A stretch of 64,000 nt of DNA from Eledone cirrhosa (taxonomy: Eukaryota): assembly GCA_964016885.1 (NCBI GenBank), contig OZ024740.1, positions 40,486,001 through 40,550,000 of the forward strand, read 5' to 3'. Made by a program: the position numbers and the translations under genes. Position 1 is the stretch's first letter. Each line of letters starts with the position of its first letter. The notes under the pieces were generated by a model. That model was not told where the DNA came from. It saw only the letters and a program-made list of their open reading frames with translations, and did no database searches. Positions 38,366 through 52,407 of the stretch are shown here, piece after piece.

Positions 38366-38469
38366 TTCACAGATGGGTGGCTCAGGATCCATATTGGTGT
38401 TATAGACCAGCCCCAATCTGCTCTTCACACTTGTTAATTAGGCAAAACCAATATATATATATATATAAT

Positions 38470-40920
38470 AACCTACAAATCTGGTGAGCACATAAGCCAG
38501 ATTGACTTCTTACTAGTTAGGCAGCGGGATAGGCAGATAGTGTCTAATACCAAGGCATACCCTGGGGAAGAATGTACCCTACAGCATAGGTTAGTTGTTA
38601 GTGATATCTCAGTAAGCAAGAGATGGAATGAGACATATAGGAAGGTGTGGAGAAGAAAGGTCTGGAAGCTAAAAGACCTTTCACTAAAATACAAATTTAG
38701 GAAAGCCCTTCAAGATGTATATGACGAAAAAGAAGACGATTTAGAGACGTATGACATAGATAATAACTGGAATTTCTTACGTGACAACTTGCTGCAGGCT
38801 ACTGATGAAACTTGTGGCTGGAGCAGAGCTCCAACCAGACAGAGAGTGACCTGGTGGTGGAACAGCACAGTAGATAAGGCTATTAGAGACAAAAGACTAG
38901 CATGGAAGGCTTGGAAAAAGGGTGGGAGTAGGGAAGAATATACAGCCACTAAGAGAGAAGCTAGACGTCAGGTGTACTTAGCACGCAGGGAGGCAGAGAG
39001 TAGGAGGTTTGCCAATGTTCTGCGACGGGAAGATCAGAGGCGGGCGGTGTTCCACATTGCAAGGCAGTGTGTCAATGCAAATCAGGATGTTGTTGGAGAT
39101 AAATGTGTCCGGGATGATGCCGGTGTACTTAGTGTCACGAATGATCAGAAAAAGGAGGCCTGGAAAAGTCATTATTAGAGACTGATGAATGTGGAGAACA
39201 AATGGGAGAGAGAGAAATTAACCTTGGTAGATCCGACAGAGGGACCAGCTATTGAGATTGACGAATATAGGGTCCAAGAGGCGATTAGGGAAATGAAAAA
39301 TGGTAAGGCTGCCGGACCATCGGGAATAGTTGCTGAGATGCTGAAGGCATCAGGGGATGTAGGCACTAAACTGGTTGCATGCATCATCAATCAGGCTATA
39401 TATGGTGGTGTCATACCCAAAGACTGGTGCAGCAGTATTCTCATAAATTGCTACAAAGGTAAAGGGGATGCTCTGGAGAGGAGCAATTATAGGGGTATAA
39501 AACTGATAGATCAGGTTATGAAAGTGGCAGAAAGGATTTTAGCACAACTAATTAGAGAAAGAGTCAAACTAGATGAGATGCAGTTTGGTTTTGTGCCTGG
39601 GAAGAGTACAACAGATGCCCTCTTCTTGGTGAGACAATTGCAAGAGAGGTTCTTAGAGAAGAATAAGCCACTATACTTAGCCTTTGTTGACCTAGAGAAG
39701 GCCTTTGATAGGGTACCCCGATCTGTCATCTGGTGGTCCCTAAGAAAGCTAGGTGTTGAGGGATGGCTTGTGAGGACAGTGCAAACTTTGTACAGAGGTA
39801 CTCTCAGTAAAGTCAGAGTAGGAATGGAGTTTAGTGAGGAATTCCAGATACAAGTAGGAGTACATCAGGGTTCGGTCCTCAGCCCGCTCTTGTTCATTAT
39901 AGTCCTCCAAGCCATAACAGAGGAGTTTAAGACTGGCTGTCCATGGGAACTTCTCTATGCTGACGATCTGGTTCTTATAGCAGAATCAGTAGAGCTAGAG
40001 AATAAATTCTGGCTATGGAAACAGCAGTTGGAAGCAAGAGGACTGAGGGTTAACCTAGCTAAGACAAAAGTGTTGATGAGTAGAAAAGAGGACAAAACCC
40101 TGATTCCGTCAGGGAAATGGCCATGTTCGATATGCAGAAAAGGAACTGGCATAAATTCTATAAAATGCACACAATGCAGATCCTGGGTACACAAGAGATG
40201 TAGCAGGATAGCACGCAAACTAACAGGTAGGGAGAAATATGTATGCAGTAGATGTACAGGGAAATTAGACAGTAGAAGTCACATTGATAGACACATTTTT
40301 CAAATGCAGGAGGAGGCTATAGAAGTGGTGGATAGCTTCCGGTACCTAGGAGATCAGATTAGCATGGGAGGAGGGTGTTCCGAGGCCATAGTATCTAGAA
40401 TAAGGATGGGTTGGAAGAAGTTTAGGGAGTTGCTTCCTCTGTTGACGAAGAAGGGTTTCTCCCTGCGTACGAAAGGCCGGTTGTATGAAGCCTGTGTGAG
40501 GAGCGCGATGCTGCATGGTAGTGAGACATGGGCAGCAACTGCAGAGGATATGCGACGGCTGGAGAGAAATGAGGCAAGCATGCTCCGTTGGATGTGCAGT
40601 GTAAATGTGCGTGAACGACCCAGCATAAATCTGTTGAGAGAGAAACTGTGTCTGAGAGGGATAGAATGTAGTGTACGGGAGAGGAGACTGAGGTGGTATG
40701 GACATGTGATGCGCATGGAGGATGATCGATGGGTGAAGAAGTGGTAGAGGTAGACCACGAAAAACATGGGCGGAGGTGGTGAGAACAGACCTCAGATCAT
40801 TGAAGCTCACGGTGGAGATGACGAAGGACCGTGACGAGTGGAGAGATGCTGTGCTGAATAAGACCCGTCCCACCCTTGCAAGCAGGGAAAAGCGGACGTA
40901 AAATGATGATAATGATGATA
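38470..40920 (+). mobile_element. RTE retrotransposon, 5'-truncated (APE C-terminus, RT, PHD insert, intact 3' tail)
   Basis: SQIDFLL...QHRL (APE end); 520 aa ORF 39185-40747 with YRGIKL, QFGF, DLEKAFD, GVHQGSVLSP, LLYADD, FRYLG, RLRWYGH; tail CCCGTCCCACCCTTGCAAGCAGGG...(ATG)n. Confidence 0.92.
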
Positions 40921-40922
40921 TA

Positions 40923-43900
40923 CTAGCAAATTCCCCCCCATCCATTGGACGGTGTTAGTTCTTGGTAGGACTGCAGTCTTAATGGTGAAATTCGTTTTGT
41001 CGATGTTTAACATAGAGGATAATTTTACGTGATCAACTCTTTCTATCAAAAATGAGACGGTATTCAAAAAGAGCATGTTTTATATACAGATATCTGTCAT
41101 ATCGTTTGGAATGTCGTTTAATTGACTAAATGGCTGAAGAATCGGTACAAAAAGCATAGACAACAGTTCGGTTGACATAAAGGCAATCTGTAAGAAACTA
41201 CATGTTTAATTGAATTATGAAATAACCTGGGGCATGTGGAAGGCTGTCCATTGAAATGAAAAAATGGTTGATTTCATCAATGGGCATTTGTTGGAAGAGT
41301 GACATTACCTATTGTGAAAAGTAAGTAATCGCAATAAGGACCAACCTGAAGGGGCTTTCAACTCCATGGAAAAACTATTGGAGGGCTGCCTTGTAAACCA
41401 CATTTTTTGTCAATCTTCCAGGAGCGTAGTAAAAGAGATTGGCCAAGTTTCCAACTCTTGAACATCCCACATACAGTTGTCCGTGTGAAAAGCATGGAGT
41501 ACTGAGGTCCAGCCCAACCACTTTTAGTGACTGCCCCTGGGCTTTGTTAATGGTCATTGCAAAACTTAATCGAATGGGGAATTGGACTCTTTTCATCGGA
41601 AAGACACAGTCAGTTGGAATAAGTGGAACTCAGGAAATAAAAACAGAGTCACCAGCGCCTTTTCCCGTAATGAACGTCATCCAACATTTGCATTATAACC
41701 AAGCGTGTGCCATTGCAAAGCCGAGGAGGTTACAAGTTTCTCAAGAGTATGATGGGACTTCCAAGTCTTGGGCAGAGTTTATGCGGTGGCATTACCGATG
41801 GCTCTTGTGAGTTTAAAAACTCTTTTGGATGAAACGTTACTTACGCCGGCTCCATAATCGAATCAATCGAAGCATAACATCGCTCTTGGGAAGGAAGTTG
41901 ACGAAGCAGACGTGTTAAGAGCTTGGACGGTGGCATTTGTAGGAGCTTTCACACATCCATTAATTACTGACGTAATTTGTTGAGAGGTCGGGGTAAACTC
42001 TTGTGCAAATGTTCTCAGGGCTGGAGACGTAGTTACCGATGGTACTTATGTCAATCAAACCATTTACGTCGATTAGTAAGTTCCCATTACCAACATCCAA
42101 TAACTTTGAAGCAAAGTAATTGTCACCGTCTTGTTGGTGGAGAATTGATCGCATGTTGATGGTTAACTTTCTCGACTGGACGAAGCGCCAAAGATGAGAA
42201 TGTTTAATGCAAACATCTATTTCATCAACTGGTTGGCCTTTTCGGACAATGGGAAGAGTTTGACGAAAATCTCCAGCAAGAAGCGGAACGATGCCACCGA
42301 ACAGTTTAGAGTTGGAGCGCAGGTATAGTAGCGTTGTATTGATTGCATCAAGTGCATTCTTGTGGGACATTGTTGCCTCGTCCCAGACAATCAATTTGCA
42401 TTTTTGAAAGACAGCAGCCTCATCAGAATTTTTCTTTATATTGGTGGTCGGATTTTCAACATAACTGATGTTAAGGGGAAGCTTAAATGTTGAATGGACT
42501 GTTCTGCCGCCGTCTAGTAGTGTTGCTGCTATTCCTGAAGATGCCCTTGCAATGGCAATCTGTCCATGTTGGCGAACTTTGGCAAGAAGGAGGTTTAGTA
42601 GAAATGTCTTTCCTGTGCTACCTGGCGCATCAAGGAAGTGGATGCCACCATTGGTGTCTTCAAGTATGGTCAAAACAAATGTATAGATATCAGCTTGTTC
42701 AAGATTCAAAAATTTTTCTCTTTCTTGAACGTAGGACAGAAGCCTGGCCGCATCGTAGCATGTCTCCCTTAGTAGGGGGCGGTTACAAACAGCCTCATTT
42801 TCTCTTTTAGGGGATTCCATACAGTAGTTCTTCAAGGGACAGCCACCCATTTCCAAAAAGTATATCTTCTAGAAATATGAGACCACAGTTGTACATTCAG
42901 GTGTAAACTGTAAATTCATGTGTGTGGACGCGAAGCGAGATTGCATTAGGATGTCCAAGCACATGCTGTCGCGATATTTCTCCCAGAAAGACTGTGGATT
43001 CCCAAGACTGCAGTACACCGGCATAACGGCGAAAAGCTTACGAAGAGCAATTAGTGACTGCAACATTGATGCTTCATGGAGGGCGTGGTCATAGTGGTCA
43101 TCATTGTCGAGAAGACCTAATTTGGAACAGGCCTCTTTAAATGTTGAACAAATATGGCCATTGACGGTACGAAGGTCTTCAAAGGAAGTTGGACCTTTGA
43201 CAACGTGCAATAGAAGACGAAGGTAAAAGCATTCTGAATTGAGCGGGTAAACTGTACACTCTTGAGAGGGCATCAGACTCATACATTGAAGCATCTCTTT
43301 GTGAAATGCGTCCTTGCTTTCTTCTTTGCCAACAGCGGGACGATTTATTCCACTTGTAGAATGTAGACAACTCCGCATAAAGAAGTGTTCTGGCAAGAGA
43401 GTCAGAAGTACAAAGTTCAAAGAATCCAGTAAGGGTTGTTCTTCGAGGTTGTCTTGCACAGTCAAGCATATTTTCTTGGTTAAAATACACCCGTTGACCA
43501 TTCTCCAAATGAACGCTGAGGTGAATAACTGCAGGTTCACGTTCATGGATCAGAAAACCGAATATGCGCTAAAATGCCTCATTAGAAGAGATGTAGCGTC
43601 CAGTTTGGAAAAACGTGACTTCATCTGTGGCGGCATCAGGGTTATCGGTCTTAGCCAACTCAATAATTGCTCGATCGCTCCCTTATGAACATACTTGCAG
43701 ATGTATTGGATTGATTTTACGGAGTTGCAGAATTCAACATTAATGTGGGCTGAAAACATTTTACAAAGCACCTTGTTATATGGTACAACCCATTGGTTGT
43801 CGATATTGAAATCTTGACCACCAACCATTGATAGTTGCCATATGTCCACCCTCCTGCGATGTCCTGTGACGGTATAAAGGGTAGCCATCATCACCAGTTT

Positions 43901-46440
43901 TGGTTTCATGGATAAGTTTATGTGGGTAACGCTTTGTACATTTCCCATTATCCATACATGCAGATTTTGGATTTAGGCGGCCACACAGTCCATGGATCAT
44001 GTTGGCTTTTATAATTTGAAAAAGGACAAGGTCTTCTTGGGGATTTAGCAATTCAGCACTTATAACGGAATCAACATCAGTTGACATGAGTTTTTTTTAA
44101 GCCAAAGGAGAATATAGGCATGTGGGAGTCCTCTCTTCTGCCATTCTACGGTGTACATGAAACACCTTACTGGTCCAAAAAGTTGTCCGTATTTTATAAC
44201 ATCCATCATTTTCATAAGTTTTAGGTGAAACACTCTAGATGTGATATCATGCCTGTGTGAAGGATTTTGGCCATGAAGTAAATGAGACTGGATGTCAAAC
44301 CATTTTGGATTGCATGTGAAGGTGATGAAAAGATCAGGACGGCCACAGTGGCGGACATAGGTGAGAGCATCCTGCATTTTTTCATGCCGGTAATGGGGGC
44401 CTCCAGTGTATGATGATGGGAGAATGACAGAAAGCCCAACATCCAAAGCAATAACCTGATCAATTTGGTTGACTTCGTCACATAGATTGCCATATTCTTC
44501 TGATGGTGTCTTATCCATTGGAGGTGTTCAGTGTCAATCTGGAAAAGGAAGAAATTGTTGCGGTAAATATTGAGTGAACTGGCTAAGGAAATTTTCTGAA
44601 GGAAATCATAAAATAAGAAATAGTTACCTTAGCAAATATGTCTACACAGTATTGATTGAGGAGCATCCATGTTCTATGCAGAATGTTGATGTAGTTTTTG
44701 CGAACCATAAGCCTAAATGCATAAAATTCCATTTGTGAAATGGTTTTCTGTGGTTGAAGATGCATTAAAGTTACCGGATTACACTTTGGCAAGTCAATGC
44801 GGTAGCCATCGTTGCCAAAGAGGAACAGTAATGGATATTGGAGGGCATCATATGCAGGATGAAGTTCATTTATTTTTTGAAGACGTGAGTCCTGCCATTC
44901 AAGAACAATATCACGGTATGAAGCACTCTCATTAGGACTTGTTATAAGCACCGCAACTTCATCGGTTTGGGGTCTGTTAAAGCAACCCTGATGCTGCCCT
45001 GGTGGAGCGCGGTCACCTCGAATAACAACCTTGAATTGATTGTGGTTAGCATCTCTACGCTGAAAAGCAGTTTTGAAAATGGTGACGTCGGGGTTTATGG
45101 TATGAAACATATATTGAAGGGGTTGCAGAAGAAAAGGTATTGTTCCTTTAGCAACTGAAGCTCTTCGTGCAGTTTCTTCAGGTCTGTTCCCCATAAAGTA
45201 AATCTGGAGAAAACTGTGTTCATCGCCATCTTGTGGAATAAGGGAGCCAATTTGATGGTAAATTTGGTCTTGCACTTTGAATGTGGGCATATAATTTCCA
45301 TGTTTTATTGGTGTATGACTAAAGCTTGTCATTTGGAAAGCCGAATTGTAGGCTCTTATATTTCTAAGAAAGTGTTTAGAATCAGGGTGGTCTCCAAGCA
45401 GCACAGAATTCAAAGGTTCGGCACCGACTTGTAAATGAAGATATCTAACTGTTCTATTGGAGCAGCATATACCGGTAGATTCTGCTGGCCACCTCATTGC
45501 ATTACAATGGACGCAAACAGTTGACATGCTACCAATGATGATGTGGGTGGGATGCGTAGTCCTCTTGGAGGCTGTAATGAAAAGCCTTCTTAGACCAGTA
45601 ACAGGAAGAAACCCTCGGAAAGACATGAGAACGCATTTTCTGTTGAGAATCAGCCGCAAGCTTTGTTGCCCTTTGGTCAACATTCTCTAAAGCACGGCTA
45701 GTAGAAGCAGTTTGAAGTAGAAGCATCATCGAAAGCAAGCCGGAGTTCTACTTGTTCAGCAGTCTGTAATGCTCTGGCCTTCGAAGTAGAAGTAGCATTG
45801 CGAGCGAGCCGGAGTTCTGCTTGTTCAGTTGTCTGTAATGCTCTGGCGATCGAAGTAGAAGCAGCATTGCGAGCACGCCATAGCATACATTGTTCTTCTG
45901 TCTCGCTTGTGCGCAAAGAACGCAAAGCAAAAGCATTTCTTGTTTTTCTTCCAATGTGACTCTTGCTTTTTCGAGTCATTCTATGGAAAATCTGTAATTG
46001 AATAAATCTGAAACAAATCATTAACTGTCAACCAGAAACTGATATACTACAGAACCTACTGCAAATGTTCAATGAGCTATAAAGAAAATATCATTAGAAA
46101 CTGACTGATCACCGAGAAGAAATTGTGAAACAATGCTGTAAATGTTATGCATATGTCGTTAAGGAATTGTCACTTACAGCAACTATATTCCGTGACATCG
46201 GCAATCAAATTACTGAGTACAATACTTGTCTACCTTGTAGGTTCTAGAAGTATTACAGTTCATCAGTGCTAATTAATAAAAGAGTCTTGTAATACACAAT
46301 ATACAGCGTCATCTAAAGTGGTTATGTTTCTTTTATAAAAACATCTCGCATCCTCCTTTAGCAATGTGTAAAATTTTAAGAGACCGGATGAATAATACGC
46401 AAGTTATAATACTTTACACACACACAGACAGAACGGGACC
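40923..46440 (-). mobile_element. Helitron with near-complete frameshifted Rep-Pif1 helicase
   Basis: 3' end: hairpin CCGTCC-AAT-GGATGG then CTAG|T at 40923. Rep motifs FITFTCNP, EWQKRGLPHAY, QYICKYVHK. Helicase DAPGSTGKT, WDEATM, GDFRQ, FAMTINKAQG. N-terminal 23 aa STPR-like repeats at 45698-46021. 5' subterminal block at 46340-46440. Confidence 0.92.
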
Positions 46441-46680
46441 CAATCTCATCAAAAATCTGTAATTGAATAAATCTGAAAAAAATCAAATCAAAGAAATTTA
46501 CCTGGTTGCTGTTTATAGGACTTCTAATGAAGATTTTGAATGCAAAGTCCCATAAGGATTAGAAAAATGGGGATATATATAAATGAAGTAATTCCGTCGG
46601 AAAAGTCCAGGAAAAAAGAGTGCTCTATGTAGGTAACAGAGCTTAATTATTATTATGTAATAAACAACATAAGGCAATTA

Positions 46681-46740
46681 TTCCATTTATCAGTGGTTTC
46701 TTAAAAGCAAAAGATTTTGCTTTCAATCCTCAGAATGAAA
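46681..46740 (-). ncRNA. Hammerhead ribozyme copy in PLE pseudo-LTR
   Basis: TTTCATT-CTGAGGA-TTGAAAGCAAAA(tc)TTTTGCTTTTAA-GAAA-CCACTG-ATA-AATGGAA. One stem III mismatch relative to the 52553 copy. Confidence 0.72.
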
Positions 46741-47569
46741 AAATCCTGGTCTGTTTATTGAAATTGGATTTTTAAAAAAAATGCAATCTATATGAGAAGG
46801 AAGAAGGAAAGGAAAAATAAAATAAAACTACACATGCAAACACACACACAAAAACACAAAAGCATACATACACACACACATATATACATATATACATATA
46901 TATACACATACACATACATACACATATACACATACATACACACACACACACATATACACACACATATATATATATATATTATATATATATATATACACAT
47001 ATATATATATTATATATATATACACATATATATATATGTGTGTACAAGCATACACATACACAAACATAGCCATACACACACACATATACATACATACATT
47101 CACACAACCATACATATATACACACGTACATACATACACATACATAAATGCACTCCTCTACATATTCACACACGCAAATAAATATAAGAAAAAAATATAT
47201 ATATTAAAAATTTTTGACACCGATACAGAAGGCAGCTAACTGGACAGACACACGCGGTAAGTAATACACACAAATGCACGTATACATACGAAATAGTAAA
47301 TACATACACACACTCTCACACATAAATATACATAAACACATACATACACATGCACAAACAAGCACACAATATATACACACACATATGTATATGTAATTAT
47401 ATACACATACATATATATATATACATAAATATAAACATACACACACACACATATATGTATACATACACACACATATACATACATAGCTATACAATTATAC
47501 ACATACAAATACGTACATATCATAAACACGCACAACCAAATACAAACACACACACATACATATATATAT

Positions 47570-47604
<35 letters not shown>

Positions 47605-47734
47605 CATATACATACACATACACACACACATACATGTGTGTGTGTGTGTGTAAAACTCAGTCTTAGATAATTCATATGAACCTTACATATACATATATAT
47701 AGTAGTAAAGTAATAAAGCAACATAAGGCAATTA

Positions 47735-47794
47735 TTCCATTCACCAATGGTTTCTTAAAAGCAAAAAATTTTTCCTTCAATCTTCAGAATGAAA
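47735..47794 (-). ncRNA. Hammerhead motif copy, probably inactive
   Basis: CTGAAGA core, stem II, GAAA, CCATTG then GTG triplet (violates NUH). Confidence 0.6.
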
Positions 47795-47838
47795 AAAACC
47801 TGGTCTATCCACACACACAAAAATATACATATATACAT

Positions 47839-47887
<49 letters not shown>

Positions 47888-48073
47888 CACACACAAATAT
47901 ACATACACATAGGTATGTGAAGGGCAAGGCAAAAAGAATATATGGGGGGGGGGGACATAGGAAAAGGTGAAATATAAGGGGAGGTAAGGGAGAAAAAAAT
48001 AAATATACAAGAGTACAGAACATAGAATCAGCAAAATAAAAACCGTAGCAGAAGTAAAGGGCAGAGAAGGAGT

Positions 48074-50320
48074 TCAAGACGGTTGATTTATCATAGGAGT
48101 GTCAATCCAGTTACAGATCAGATGCGATTTCAGATGAGGACAGCATCTGAAGATCTCAGTCTTTGAGTTAAGGCAAGCGGAAGTGGCTCTCAAGTTTAGC
48201 AAAATCCTATACTTTTCTGTGGTACACAAAGAATAATTCTTTGTGCCCCTTTGGTACTCCCTCGAATGGTCTAATATAGACCAATCAATAGAGTACGGGA
48301 TGTTACTATCTTTGAGTTCCCACACCTTACTTGCGAGGGCCGTTGATGTTCGTTTATCGGAGTGCTTAAAAGAAGCGACATGTGAGTAAAATCTGGTTTT
48401 AAACCTGTCCTGGGTCATCATCATCATCATTTCATTTTACGTCCACTTTTCCCTGCTTGCAAGGGTGGGACGGGAACTGATTCTGGCTTGATTTCTACAG
48501 CTGGATGCCCTTCCTAACACCAACCTCATTTACAGTGAGTGCTGGGTGCTTTTTTGCCGTGGCACCTCCACGACCACTTTGCAGTGGAATGATATGGACC
48601 CCAGTCCCTATCATCTCATTTCTACAGCTGAGTAAACTGGAGCAATGTGAAATAAAGTGTCTTGCTCAAGGAAACAACACATCACCCGGTCTGAGAATTG
48701 AACTCACAACCTTTCGATTGCAAGGTCAATGCTCTAACCACTAAGCCATGTGCCTCCATATGTCATACCGACATATCGCTCACTCCTGGCTCGCTGGTTG
48801 TTGATTATCGGTGTTATCTTAGCCTCATAAACAACAGATTTGGTGTTACATTTACCCTGCAATGGGCATTCATCCGGCTTCCTGCAACTGCATCCTGGAT
48901 TTATTCTCGTATGGTTTGAACTGGTGATTTTGGACTTCATAGATGGGCAACAAGAGTAGCTGATCTTAACTACGTTCCTATTAAATATCTTATAATATCT
49001 ATGATTAGGAGGAAAATGTTTGTCTAATAGTTCAAGGAATTTCCTTCCTACATTAGTTTTGACAGTTAGAGAGAAGGGGTGTGTGAACCAAATAATCTTC
49101 CTTTTCCTGTTATTGTGGTTAGTTTTAGGGGGGGGATAAGAAATTTTTTCTGTAAAACCGCTGTTCTTAAAGGCTTTATTAAAAATGTCTATAGACGAAG
49201 ATAAGGTAGAAATCCTACGGCCAATGTTAGGAATAAGATTATTAAAAACTATAGGGGGATGGCAAGACTCTTTGTGTATATACCTAAGATTTTCATTAGG
49301 TTTATGATAGGGTTTAAAAGAGGCAGTAAGTAGATCAAGATTAATATCAAGAAAATTAGCATTAGTAAGGTTCGTATCTATAGTGATTTTAAGGTTAAGA
49401 TTAGCAAAAGTATTGATTAAATCTTTACGGAATTTATCAAGGTTATGGCCGTTGGTGGTATGAGAAACTGCTAATCCGTCACCACGGGATAAACCGATAT
49501 TATGGGACGGAAATTTCTCTTTGAGGGTGTGGAGAAGGAATAATCCTACTAAGTCACACACATCCGCACTGTCATATGAACCCATTGCAACATCAAAAGA
49601 GTTTTCAGGGTTTGACTTTTTAATCCAAATATTATCATTAGTAAAAAGTAAAGTTTTTCTAGCATGAAAGATAATGTCTTCTTCTAATTTAGAAATATTA
49701 ATGAAGGGTCTAGCAAAATCTAAGGCATTAGTTAATAAGGAAACAGTAATAGATGGGTAAAAATCGACAATATCAAATTGGGTAAATCTACACTTATTTT
49801 TACCTTGTATATTATTGAACCAAGAAATAACAGAGGAAGTATTTAGCCACTGTGATAGGTCAGTGTTAGTTCTAATTTGGAGAATTATTTTTCTTAAGAT
49901 TTTCTTACTTGCAAGGCCAACCTCGGATTTAGCCGGGTTAATCAGTCTACAACTAGGTCGATTAGTAAAGTCCAATTTATGGTCTTTAAGGGTAATATAT
50001 GCTTTACGCTTAGCTAAGCTTTCAATCCGGTTATCTATTTGTAAAGAACTAGCTAGTTCTTTAGCTTCTTTATTGATAGTATTGTAGGTATTATTATTAG
50101 TTAATTGATATTTATTGGTAATACTATTAGTTAAAAGTTGGTTATACAAAGTATTATTAACTTCAAAGAGGTTTTTAGTTTTATCAGAAAGAACGAAAGT
50201 GTTTGTAGAATTTCTAAATTTAGAAATATCGTTAGAAAGTTTAGTTTGAAAGTTATTATTGTACTTACGAAATTTGATATCACTAATTAGATTAACGAGG
50301 TCTAATTCGAAGTTGGCCAT
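48074..50320 (-). pseudogene. Penelope RT + GIY-YIG endonuclease, split by a SINE
   Basis: SDKTKN, YITLKDHK, CRLINP, QFDIVDFYPSI, FDVAMGS, LSRGDGL (YRDD degenerate), NFLDI; CPLQGKC..SVVY...YVGMT|QDRFKTRFYSH, LCTTEK, LNSKTE. Confidence 0.9.
48419..48761 (-). mobile_element. tRNA-derived SINE with RTE-derived tail
   Basis: Box A TGGCTTAGTGG, box B GAGTTCAATTC, central CCTTGAGCAAGACACTT. Tail matches RTE 40864-40920. Short flanking duplication GTCAT (48414-48418, 48762-48766) inside the GIY-YIG coding sequence. Confidence 0.88.
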
Positions 50321-50367
50321 GTCTTTACACACACACACACACACACATGTATGTGTGTGTGTATGTG

Positions 50368-50454
<87 letters not shown>

Positions 50455-50456
<2 letters not shown>

Positions 50457-50794
50457 CATCATCATCATCATTTTACGTCCGCTTTTTCCCTGCTTGCAAG
50501 GGTGGGACGGGAACTGATTCTGGCTTGATTTCTACAGCTGGATGCCCTTCCTAACACCAACCTCATTTACAGTGAGTGCTGGGTGTTTTTTTGCCGTGGC
50601 ACTTACACGACCACTTTGCAGTGGAATGATAGGGACCCCAGTCTCTATCATCTCATTTCTACAGCTGAGTAAACTGGAGCAATGTGAAATAAAGTGTCTT
50701 GCTCAAGGAAACAACACATCACCCGGTCTGAGAATTGAACTCACAACCTTTCGATTGCAAGGCCAATGCTCTAACCACTAAGCCATGTCCCTCC
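50455..50794 (-). mobile_element. Second copy of the same tRNA SINE
   Basis: Near-identical to 48419-48761, inserted in (TA)n. Confidence 0.88.
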
Positions 50795-51399
50795 ATATAT
50801 ATATATGTATGTGTGTGTATATATATATTTATGTGTGTGTGTTTGTATTTGGTTGTGCGTGTTTATGATATGTACGTATTTGTATGTGTATAATTGTATA
50901 GCTATGTATGTATATGTGTGTGTATGTATACATATATGTGTGTGTGTGTGTATGTTTATATTTATGTATATATATATATATGTATGTGTATATAATTACA
51001 TATACATGTGTGTGTATATATTGTATACGTGTGCGTGTTTGTGCATGTGTATGTATGTGTTTATGTATTTGTATATGTATATTTATGTGTGAGAGTGTGT
51101 GTATGTATTTACTATTTCGTACGTATGTAAACGTGCATTTGTGTGTATTACTTACGTGTGTTTGTCCAGTTAGCTGCCTTCTGTATCGGTGTCAAAAATT
51201 TTTAATATATATTTTTTTTTCTTATATTTATTTGCGTGTGTGAATATGTAGAGGAGTGCATTTATGTATGTGTATGTATGTACGTGTGTATATATGTATG
51301 ATTGTGTGAATGTATGTATGTATATGTGTGTATGGCTATGTTTGTGTATGTGTATGCTTGTACACACATATATATATATATATGTATATGTGTATATAT

Positions 51400-52240
51400 A
51401 TCATCATCACCCATCATCACCGTTTCACGTCCGTTCTTCCACGCTAGCATGGGTTAGACGGGTTGTCCTGTTGTGGGCAGTGTCTGGTCGGCTGACCATG
51501 CCTTGCTCATACAGGAACTGATCTGGCTTGATTTCTACAGCTGGATGCCCTTCCTAACACCAACCTCATTTACAGTGAGTGCTGGGTGCTTTTTCGTGGC
51601 GCTTACACGTCCACTTTACAGTGTGGGCTGGGTGCTTTTTTGCCGTGGCACCTCCACGACCACCTTGCGGTGGGGGGGGGGGGGGGGGCATATTGTTTAT
51701 ATGCTTCAGCATGTACCCATGGGAGGTCGGGTACCCTGTATTACTGCGTGACGCCAGAAGTCACGGTCGTGTGTCATTGACTTTGAGAGGTGTAGTTGGG
51801 TAAGGTCGGCTTTTATCACCTCATCCCAAGTCATCTTGGGTCTCCCCACTCCGCGGTTTCCATCAACTTCTAGTGCTCTGCACCTTTTTATGCAGCTGTC
51901 ATCCTTCATACGCATCACATGTCCATACCAGCGTAACCGCCTCTCCTGCACGCAGCATTTGATTCCTCTTATGCTCAGTCTCTCTCTCAATTCATTTATG
52001 CTTTGTCGTTCACGTATATTACTGTTACACATCCATCGGAGCATGCAGGCTTCGTTTCTCTCTAATCTACGTAAGTCTTCCACCTTCAGCGCCCAGGTCT
52101 CACTACCATGCAACATCGCTGTTCGGATACACGCATCATACAGTCTGCCTTTCATTCTGAGGGAGAAGCCTTTTGCAGCTAGCAGTGGTAGTAGTTCCCT
52201 AAACTTCTTCCATCCCGTTCTTACGGGATGGAAGAAGTTT
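51400..52240 (-). mobile_element. 5'-truncated RTE, same subfamily as 37300-38365
   Basis: [14 protein letters not shown]...RRLRWYGHVMRM...GRPKMTW; 3'UTR block and CCCATGCTAGCGTGG...(GAT)n tail. Confidence 0.87.
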
Positions 52241-52358
52241 ATATATATATATATATATATGTGTGTATATGTGTGTGTGTGTGTATGAGTGTATGTATGT
52301 GTATATGTGTATGTAATATGTGTACGTATGTGTATGTGTATATATATGTGTATATGTA

Positions 52359-52407
<49 letters not shown>

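Noticed and set aside
41375-42856. Host PIF1 helicase gene
   Set aside because: Fused to HUH Rep motifs and followed by a Helitron hairpin-CTAG end.
48685-48757. tRNA gene
   Set aside because: Boxes A and B are present, but it continues into SINE body and RTE tail without a proper acceptor stem.
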